Source: Fidelibacterota bacterium
Lineage (GTDB): Bacteria > Fidelibacterota > Marinisomatia > Marinisomatales > UBA8229
DNA length: 47,067 bases
Reading direction: 5' to 3'
NCBI GenBank assembly: GCA_012964235.1
Contig: DTUJ01000094.1
Location: forward strand, 1-47,067
A program made the position numbers and the translations under genes. Under the pieces are notes generated by a model. The model did not search any database, was not told the DNA's origin, and was given only the letters and a program-made list of their open reading frames with translations. This document shows, one piece after another, positions 1 through 6,411 of the stretch. Position 1 is the stretch's first letter. Every line of letters begins with the position of its first letter.

Positions 1-86
1 GGGGCACCCCCCTGTTTATATGTTATATGCCACTCTCACACAAAACGGGTAAAAAGGTTGGCTGATTGGAAAAAAGGGGGATTTAA

Positions 87-145
87 GGGTAAATTAAAGA
101 GCTTCCAAATTGATTCCTCTGGGTAAATTGAAGAGACTTTTATTT
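87..145 (+). repeat. Modular intergenic element, copy A (GGGTAAATT ... CAAATTGATTCC ... GGGTAAATTGAAGAGA-CTTTTATTT)
   Basis: The same ordered boxes recur at 5348-5440. The core boxes match 12/12 and 15/16. Copy A ends 45 nt upstream of the ATG at 191. Confidence 0.6.
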
Positions 146-190
146 ATGGCATTAACTAAAAGGATAATAAAATGAAGAAAGAGATTTTAG

Positions 191-1183
191 ATGGAATATA
201 GGATTTTAGGGAATACAGGAGTTGAGGTATCAACACTTTGTCTTGGTACAATGACGTTTGGAGGGCCAGCAGATGAAAAAGAATCCACCAAAATGTTTAA
301 CCTAAGCCGAGATGCAGGCATTAACTTTTTTGATTGTGCCAATGTTTATGAGAATGGACGTTCTGAAGAGATCCTTGGGAAACTCATCGCTGATAGCAGA
401 GAACAGTTGATTATAACTAGCAAAGCATATTTCCCCACTAGTGATGATGTTAATGATCGTGGAGGAACCAGAAAGCACATTATGACTGCTGTTAATGATA
501 GTTTAAAAAGATTAAATACGAACTATATTGATTTATATTTTTTACACAGGTTTGACGATCTCACCCCACTTGAAGAAACACTACGAGCCTTGGAAGATTT
601 GGTTCGAAATGGTAAGGTTCTATATTTGGGTGCAAGTAATTTTGCTGCCTGGCAGATAACTAAAGCGCTGGGAATCACAGCAAAAAATAGATGGAGCAGG
701 TTTGAATGTATCCAACCCATGTACAACTTAGTAAAGAGACAGGCTGAAGTAGAAATATTGCCTATGGCTTTATCGGAAAATGTTGGTGTTATCAGCTATT
801 CTCCACTCGGGGGTGGTTTGCTTACGGGTAAATACGGAATTAAAAAAAGACCCAAGACGGGTCGCCTGATTGAAAATAAGATGTATAAAAAGCGTTACAG
901 TGATTCACAGGTTTTTAAAATTGCTGAAAAATTTAGTCAACTGGCTAAAGAACAGCACTTGTCACCGATTAGTCTTGCCATAGCTTGGGTTGCCAGCCAT
1001 CCAGCTGTGACTGCACCTATTATCGGAGGTCGTAATTCAAATCAGCTTAAAGAATCACTAAAATCTGCGGATATTAAAATGACCGAAAAACTTAGGAATG
1101 AAATATCGGTATTATCATCAAAACCTCCGAATGCCACTGATCGAAATGAGGAACAAACTATATATAACTACGGTCAACGATAG
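191..1183 (+). CDS. Aldo-keto reductase (Kv-beta/Tas-like family)
   Basis: 330-aa ORF. The N-terminus MEYRILGNTGVEVSTLCLGTMTFGG and the blocks YIDLYFLHRFD and VLYLGASNF are typical of AKR family oxidoreductases. A strong hairpin terminator follows. Confidence 0.85.
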   Translation: MEYRILGNTGVEVSTLCLGTMTFGGPADEKESTKMFNLSRDAGINFFDCANVYENGRSEEILGKLIADSREQLIITSKAYFPTSDDVNDRGGTRKHIMTAVNDSLKRLNTNYIDLYFLHRFDDLTPLEETLRALEDLVRNGKVLYLGASNFAAWQITKALGITAKNRWSRFECIQPMYNLVKRQAEVEILPMALSENVGVISYSPLGGGLLTGKYGIKKRPKTGRLIENKMYKKRYSDSQVFKIAEKFSQLAKEQHLSPISLAIAWVASHPAVTAPIIGGRNSNQLKESLKSADIKMTEKLRNEISVLSSKPPNATDRNEEQTIYNYGQR

Positions 1184-1200
1184 ATTTATATTAGACAATA

Positions 1201-1226
1201 TAAGCCCCGCCAAGTAGCGGGGCTTA
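1201..1226. terminator. Rho-independent-type hairpin between convergent genes
   Basis: Perfect 10-bp stem TAAGCCCCGC (1201-1210) / GCGGGGCTTA (1217-1226) with a 6-nt loop, followed by TTGTTTAT. It lies between the 3' ends of the AKR gene (+) and the EamA gene (-). Confidence 0.8.
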
Positions 1227-1410
1227 TTGTTTATAGAACAAAGTCCTCAGTCTCAGTAGTCAGTAGTGGTGCATAGTGTCCCTCAGTAGCAGTAACAGAT
1301 GAATGACCAAGCAACTTGCTCACCTCATAGATAGATCTTCTTTGCTTGATGTGTAGGATTGGCTAAACAAAGCTATTGATAGAGACGCTAAAGCAGAATT
1401 TATGATGTGA

Positions 1411-2313
1411 TTAGTCTGTTGGCTCTTGTCGCGCATGACTTTTGTTAATTAGGTAAACAGCCGTCATAGTCATTATTCCACCTATCATAGTGGTCACTTC
1501 CAAACGCTCCCCAATTAACAGCACACTGAAAAGCAGAGCCGTGACCGGTACCATAAATATGAAAGCACTGGCTTTTTCAGGTCCCAGCCGGGTAGTGGCA
1601 AGAAAATAAACTGTAGTTCCGAACACCATAGCGCCGGCAGACAGGAAGAACATATTCACCCAAAAGATCCAGTCATAGGTGAATATTAGTAAAATATCTT
1701 TATTCCAGGTCACGCCAAGGTAGATCAGGGCAGAGATTGTGTAGACCCAAAAACTAAATGAAAGTGTAGACACATGACCGTGGGACCGACCCGATATTAC
1801 CGACATGATCCCCCAGGAAATGGAAGCGCATATGAAATACATATTGCCGTTAGCGATCATTTGTTCCAGAGACAGTGTCCAAGCCTGTAATACAATCACA
1901 CCGCCAGTGAAACCTAGTACCAAACCGATGATATCCTTACGGGAGAACACTTGTTTCAGTAGCAATACAGAAATAATGAATGTAATAACCGGATTGAAGG
2001 TAGGGACAATAATGCCACCCACACTGGCGGATCCTCTATCGGTGCCCACGAAAAAGAAAATATTGTAAAGAGAGATAAACACGGCACCGGGAAAAATATA
2101 TTTCATCCCCTGGCGAGTCACCCGGAAATCATTACCGGTTAACCACAATACTGGGATCATGGTAATACTGGAAAAGAAAAAGCGCCAGAAAACCACTACG
2201 GATGATGGTCCATAATCACTCAGGACCTTTGCATTAGTCCATGATAGCCCCCATGTGGCCATGGCGAGTATCATTAAAGTGTATAATAAAATGGGGAAGT
2301 GGCTCTTATTCAT
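1411..2313 (-). CDS. EamA/DMT-superfamily transporter
   Basis: 300-aa ORF, almost entirely hydrophobic, with about 10 predicted TM segments in two similar halves. This is the typical drug/metabolite transporter architecture. Confidence 0.7.
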   Translation of the reverse strand: MNKSHFPILLYTLMILAMATWGLSWTNAKVLSDYGPSSVVVFWRFFFSSITMIPVLWLTGNDFRVTRQGMKYIFPGAVFISLYNIFFFVGTDRGSASVGGIIVPTFNPVITFIISVLLLKQVFSRKDIIGLVLGFTGGVIVLQAWTLSLEQMIANGNMYFICASISWGIMSVISGRSHGHVSTLSFSFWVYTISALIYLGVTWNKDILLIFTYDWIFWVNMFFLSAGAMVFGTTVYFLATTRLGPEKASAFIFMVPVTALLFSVLLIGERLEVTTMIGGIMTMTAVYLINKSHARQEPTD

Positions 2314-2443
2314 AAGCCGAAAAATTACATTTCAACTTTACATTGACTCAGTTAATTCATTCTGGGTCTCTGTATCTTGCCATCAGTTATTCTAACACAT
2401 GTATATTTTTTCAGCGCAGATTTCTTTCAGAACTTTCGGCGGT

Positions 2444-3037
2444 TTATCCAAATGTAAATCCTTCTGGGATATCTGATTCATTAGTTCCTTCCGGTACCCA
2501 CGATAGATCCAGGATAGTGTAGCTAGGCTTGGTGGTATTAAAAATAGGCACCACTTTCATTCCGATTTCTGGTTCACCCACAGATAAATATCCCATTAGT
2601 ATTGTAGGCACCCCTTCAAATTCCACATTTACAAAGCGAATGGGCTTTGGCAGCGTATTGAATGCACCGGTCCGTTCGGTGATCATGAATGTATGTACAG
2701 TGGCACCCTTTTGAGCTGTTTCAGTCATATCCACAATTGTATTCTTTCCTAAACAGTCCGGGCAGTGTATGCGGAAGGGGATAAAGATGGAACCATTTGC
2801 GTCGCAATTCTGATTATCACATCGGGTGCCCAGCAGTTTTCCCTGACCTAACCCTTCGAAGAAAGGCGCTTCGCCACCATACATGTGTATGTGGGTCAAA
2901 TCCCGGGGATTGGTGATCCCCATTAGTACACCGTCTTCATTGCGGATGGGATCGTTAGGATAGGGAAAATGGAATTGTCCATCCAGGCGATAGCGACCTC
3001 TTTCTACGCGAACTTTCCCACGCTTGGCTGTGCTCAT
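2444..3037 (-). CDS. DUF35-type zinc-ribbon/OB-fold protein (thiolase partner)
   Basis: 197 aa with a Cys4 ribbon, RCDNQNCD...HCPDC, followed by an OB-fold-like C-terminal half. Its start overlaps the stop of the upstream thiolase-like gene (ATGA at 3034-3037), which is the usual DUF35/thiolase pairing. Confidence 0.7.
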   Translation of the reverse strand: MSTAKRGKVRVERGRYRLDGQFHFPYPNDPIRNEDGVLMGITNPRDLTHIHMYGGEAPFFEGLGQGKLLGTRCDNQNCDANGSIFIPFRIHCPDCLGKNTIVDMTETAQKGATVHTFMITERTGAFNTLPKPIRFVNVEFEGVPTILMGYLSVGEPEIGMKVVPIFNTTKPSYTILDLSWVPEGTNESDIPEGFTFG

Positions 3038-4461
3038 GATTCATTCCTTTCTAATTGATGATCCGGATGGACGAGAATTGTTGCGGTAACGTGTGAACCA
3101 ACCCCGGCATGGCTGATGGCTAGTCCCCGTTTAGCGCCTTCTACCTGAAGGTTGGTCCAGTCATCAGGTTTGGTGCGGCCGAAGCGGTCCCATTTGGACT
3201 GGTCTTCGTGCATTTCCGCCCAGCGTCCCCAAATATGCTGGCCCACTTCAACGGTCTGCATAATTCCCGTGGCACCAACAGCGTGCATACAGCCGATGAG
3301 TCCGCCACAAAGATTCGACGGCAGTTTTCCGGGCTCCCCAGTATGGGGATTGGTGTGATAACAGTCGCCAGATTCCACATAGGTCCGCCCTTCACCGTAA
3401 GGCCGGATACCAATATCTTCGTATGTCTGGATATCGCTGATGGTAAAAGCATCGTGCAGTTCCACCAAGTCCAGATCTTCCGTAGGATCCACAACTCCGG
3501 CCATTCGGTAGCCGTAATAAGCAGCCATCCGGGCAGCCAGGAAACTCGTAAAGCCGGGGTAGCGGTCCCCGCCAGGAAAGCGCTCGCCCAGGTCTTTATA
3601 CTGGTCTGGTGATTCATTAGGTAATAACGGAATATCCATGTCCCGGCGATCGGCCACACGCAGGGTATGGCTACCGGCGGATACATAAATTATGAGCGGA
3701 TTGTCCGTCAGTTCATAGGCAGTTTTTTCATCACATAGAATTGCACAAGACGCTCCCACACTCATGAGGCAGCAGTCCAGTGCCCGAAGGGGATAAGCCA
3801 CCACCGGGGAATTCAGTACATCTTCAACGGTAATGTCCATGGGCCCCTGAGCGTGTGGATTCATCCGGGCATAACCGCGGTTTTTTACAGCAATCTCTGC
3901 CATGGTATGGCGGAAAGATTCCTCTTCTTTTCCAAAGACTTGCCAGTATTTCTGGGCCATGACGGCATAGTAGCCGGTATAAATGTGCCCCAATGGTGTT
4001 TCCCAGTCCTTATCTGCTGCAGAAGCAATATAATTATTTCCTTCATCTGTGGGCACCTCGTCCATACGTTCCCAGCCCATTGCCAGAACACAATCGGAAT
4101 ATCCGGAAGCAACGGCTTTAAAAGCTTCCCAAAGAGTAGATCCACCAGTGGCGCCGCCGGTTTTAATCCCAACATTACCTAATGGATCAAGTCCAAGTCT
4201 ATCATGGATAACCGCTTCGCCTAGAAGTTGATCTCCAAAATGATCCGCAAAGTGTCCATAATAGCAGGAATGAATATATTCCTTGAGTTCAGCTGGTGTT
4301 TTGTTAATGAATTCTGCTGCTTCCACAAAGGAATCTATAACCAGTTCTTCCGTCCGTTTTTCCGGTATAGAACGGTCAAATTTGGACATGCCACCGGTAA
4401 CAAGAAATACCGGCCTCTGCATCTGGGGTATCTTGAGTTGTTTATCACTGAATTTGATCAT
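3034..4461 (-). CDS. Thiolase-superfamily (SCP-x-type) protein lacking the nucleophilic cysteine
   Basis: 475 aa. It has SCPx-thiolase-like blocks GIKTGGATGGSTLWEAF...CVLAMGWERM, VELHDAFT and GGLIGCMHAVGATG. In the N-N-N-C-A-T-G-S block, the position of the acyl-accepting Cys is Gly (KTGGATGGS). Confidence 0.75.
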   Translation of the reverse strand: MIKFSDKQLKIPQMQRPVFLVTGGMSKFDRSIPEKRTEELVIDSFVEAAEFINKTPAELKEYIHSCYYGHFADHFGDQLLGEAVIHDRLGLDPLGNVGIKTGGATGGSTLWEAFKAVASGYSDCVLAMGWERMDEVPTDEGNNYIASAADKDWETPLGHIYTGYYAVMAQKYWQVFGKEEESFRHTMAEIAVKNRGYARMNPHAQGPMDITVEDVLNSPVVAYPLRALDCCLMSVGASCAILCDEKTAYELTDNPLIIYVSAGSHTLRVADRRDMDIPLLPNESPDQYKDLGERFPGGDRYPGFTSFLAARMAAYYGYRMAGVVDPTEDLDLVELHDAFTISDIQTYEDIGIRPYGEGRTYVESGDCYHTNPHTGEPGKLPSNLCGGLIGCMHAVGATGIMQTVEVGQHIWGRWAEMHEDQSKWDRFGRTKPDDWTNLQVEGAKRGLAISHAGVGSHVTATILVHPDHQLERNES

Positions 4462-4756
4462 AATACACTTCTTTTATTATAGAGTTAAGGATACCAATTT
4501 CGTTAATTTTCCACATATACTGTTTAAATAACATGAATGTGAGATTTACCAGTATAATAACCATGGTGATTCTACCCCCCGGAGTGGGAATGATATCACC
4601 CAACCAAGTAATGTTAGCCGAAAAATATTTCTGCTGAGACGCATAAAGTCCAATATCCCGCTGGGCAAGAGTGCCCAGAACAACCAGAACCATAAGTCAA
4701 TTTAACGTGTAGAAAAAAATCTTGGGATTGCCTATTATTTTAATGATCTGTTTCAT
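4445..4756 (-). pseudogene. Decayed small membrane-protein gene (ResB-like N-terminal fragment?) with an in-frame TGA
   Basis: The ATG at 4756 overlaps the stop of the upstream lipoprotein gene (ATGA). The frame reads MKQIIKIIGNPKIFFYTLN-TGA(4697-4699)-LMVLVVLGTLAQRDIGLYASQQKYF... and continues in the same frame as the tracked 82-aa ORF. It has only two TM segments and ends inside the start of the thiolase-like gene. The GT-x-AQ...YF pattern recalls ResB/CcsB N-termini; that call is from memory and weak. Confidence 0.3.
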
Positions 4757-5322
4757 TGATTACTATTATCACGTTTCATGGATGAACAGAAAGCTTTAAA
4801 ATCTTTTTCTAAATCTACTATACCATCTGCACTGGCAATCAGTTTAATGAATAGGGCGCTAGACTCTAAAGGAAAAATAGCCGCAAGAAAAGCCGACTCT
4901 TTTTTTTCAAGATTGATCAGCCGGAATAACTGATAATTTCCGAGTTCACTCACCCCGTTTTCTGCTTCAGCTTCAATCTCAAGCCTAGATAAAGGGCCTA
5001 GGCCGATCTGTCCCCGCCAACGGTTTACATTAGCTTCGAGACCCCCGCCTTCACCCCCAAGCTGGATAATGGACAACTCTCCCACACCACCGGAATAGGG
5101 GATCTCAAAGCTCGCCAGCCTCATTGAAGAACCCCTGGAAGGAATCCATGAATCGGGTTTTTTCCAGGTGAAACCTGATGGTTTGATTGTCACATCTTTG
5201 ATTTGATGAGGGTTTTTACTCGTCTTGATTTTTGGCAAGCGATATGTCCGGACATGATCATCTGTGTCGCAGGACAGTAACATTATGGCCAGTAAAATAA
5301 AAGTGGTCTGATTTTTTATCAT
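4753..5322 (-). CDS. Lipoprotein of unknown function
   Basis: 189 aa with the signal and lipobox MIKNQTTFILLAIMLLSC|D. The mature part is soluble and Gly-rich (GGEGGG). I recognise no catalytic motif. Confidence 0.6.
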   Translation of the reverse strand: MIKNQTTFILLAIMLLSCDTDDHVRTYRLPKIKTSKNPHQIKDVTIKPSGFTWKKPDSWIPSRGSSMRLASFEIPYSGGVGELSIIQLGGEGGGLEANVNRWRGQIGLGPLSRLEIEAEAENGVSELGNYQLFRLINLEKKESAFLAAIFPLESSALFIKLIASADGIVDLEKDFKAFCSSMKRDNSNQ

Positions 5323-5347
5323 GGTAGAATTTTGGTATGAATAAGTA

Positions 5348-5440
5348 GGTAAATTTAGTCGGGTTTTTATTCCTACACACTACAAATTGATTCCCTACCC
5401 ACCCCAGGGGTAAATTGGAGAGATGAAAAAACTTTTTATT
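5348..5440 (+). repeat. Modular intergenic element, copy B (GGTAAATT ... CAAATTGATTCC ... GGGTAAATTGGAGAGA ... CTTTTTATT)
   Basis: Same boxes, order and orientation as copy A (87-145), with longer spacers. TTGATT (5387-5392)-N18-TAAATT (5411-5416) resembles a -35/-10 pair. Copy B ends 96 nt upstream of the ORF at 5537. Confidence 0.6.
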
Positions 5441-5536
5441 ACAGCATAGTTATTTGTGTGGTTATGTAAGGATAAATCAGATTGAATTTTATCAAACTTT
5501 CAACAAAAGATTCTATCAAGACCAGGAAAGCAATCC

Positions 5537-6277
5537 TTGTTAAATAGATTATTTTATATCCATTTTATTATGAGTTTGTTGCTTGGCTCAGGAAAAGAAA
5601 AACCGCAAATTCTATCCACATCAGTATCATTCTCTGGTATTGAATTCGAAGTTGTAAAAAACGGCGAATCCAACAACCGTTACATTTGGCTGCACGGTGA
5701 TGAAAGAACCGCAAACATGGCTTTAAGGCATCATTTGAATCATTATGATGGTACAGCATTTCTGATAAAAAGTGATGAACGGGAGGTGGTTTATCAAAAC
5801 ACCAAGATTGATCCAAATCGAATATTCTCCAGGTCAGGCTCACTCAGAGCTCTAAAAAAATTCAGACCGAAATGGGCACCGGGAACACTCAATGAAGCCC
5901 TGGATGAACTGGACCAAAATCGTGAGCAATTTCTCACTATCCTTTTTCCAGATTCAGGAGGTATTTTGATCGCAGTCCACAACAATTTTCGTGGGTATAA
6001 CCTAAAATCCGAGTTGGAAATCTGTACCAAAGTTTCTGTAAATCCAAAAGAAAATCCTCGTGACTTTATCATATGTACTGATCCTGACGACTTCGACAAA
6101 TTATCTGTGGGTCATTATAATATACTTTTACAGGATCAGCCTCCTAAAGAAGATGACGGCAGCCTGTCCTGGGCTGCGTTTCGGAATGGGATTCGCTATG
6201 TGAATATTGAAACAAGGTTAGGCTGGTTATCGCAGCAGAAAAAAATGCTGGAGTTTATTGAGGAACGTTTAAATTGA
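5537..6277 (+). CDS. Hypothetical protein with M14/AstE-AspA-like zinc-hydrolase motifs
   Basis: 246-aa ORF with a TTG start; an alternative ATG lies at 5570. The motifs IWLHGDERTA (HxxE), DPNRIFS and IAVHNN occur in the order seen in zinc carboxypeptidase/desuccinylase-type hydrolases. The family call is tentative. Confidence 0.45.
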   Translation: MLNRLFYIHFIMSLLLGSGKEKPQILSTSVSFSGIEFEVVKNGESNNRYIWLHGDERTANMALRHHLNHYDGTAFLIKSDEREVVYQNTKIDPNRIFSRSGSLRALKKFRPKWAPGTLNEALDELDQNREQFLTILFPDSGGILIAVHNNFRGYNLKSELEICTKVSVNPKENPRDFIICTDPDDFDKLSVGHYNILLQDQPPKEDDGSLSWAAFRNGIRYVNIETRLGWLSQQKKMLEFIEERLN

Positions 6278-6411
6278 CTGGTAGGGCTGATTGATCTAAT
6301 TATGCACTCACTGGCTCTCTTTATTCCTGCTGATAACATTTACTTTTTTACACTAAAGTCTAAAATCTATTTAAGTCACTGACAGTTGAGCTGAAACCAT
6401 ACACCACCTTT

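Noticed and set aside
1-126. An open frame running from the left window edge to the TAA at 124-126 (…CLYVICHSHTKRVKRLADWKKGGFKGKLKSFQIDSSG), which could be the 3' end of an upstream gene.
   Set aside because: The translation is basic and low-complexity with no recognisable domain. It also runs through the repeated intergenic element that recurs in clearly non-coding DNA at 5348-5440. Without upstream sequence it cannot be supported.
1244-1300. A short-period CAGTAG/CAGTAGT-like repetition (…ctcagtctcagtagtcagtagtggtgcatagtgtccctcagtagcagtaacag…) between the terminator and the 3' end of the EamA gene.
   Set aside because: There are only 3-4 imperfect copies of a 6-7-mer. There is no flanking inverted repeat, no ORF, and no resemblance to CRISPR or REP architecture. 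It is probably low-complexity 3' UTR sequence.
3141-3686. A 181-aa ORF on the minus strand in an alternative frame inside the thiolase-like gene. A similar 181-aa plus-strand ORF lies at 36503-37048, antisense to paaY/ydeI-like. Many other tracked 60-130-aa ORFs are also nested in large genes.
   Set aside because: They lie entirely within ORFs that carry clear family motifs. Their translations are low-complexity or Arg/Ser/Pro-rich with no recognisable motifs. The longest occur in the most GC-rich stretches, where stop-free alternative frames are expected by chance.
4697-4699. Possibility that TGA is recoded (Gly, Trp or selenocysteine) in this organism.
   Set aside because: Well-supported genes terminate at TGA at family-typical lengths. 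Examples are the thiolase-like gene at 3034-3036, the lipoprotein gene at 4753-4755, and the GT2 and nucleosidase-like genes. The in-frame TGA also sits inside a hydrophobic helix, an implausible place for Sec. A pseudogene or sequencing error is more likely.
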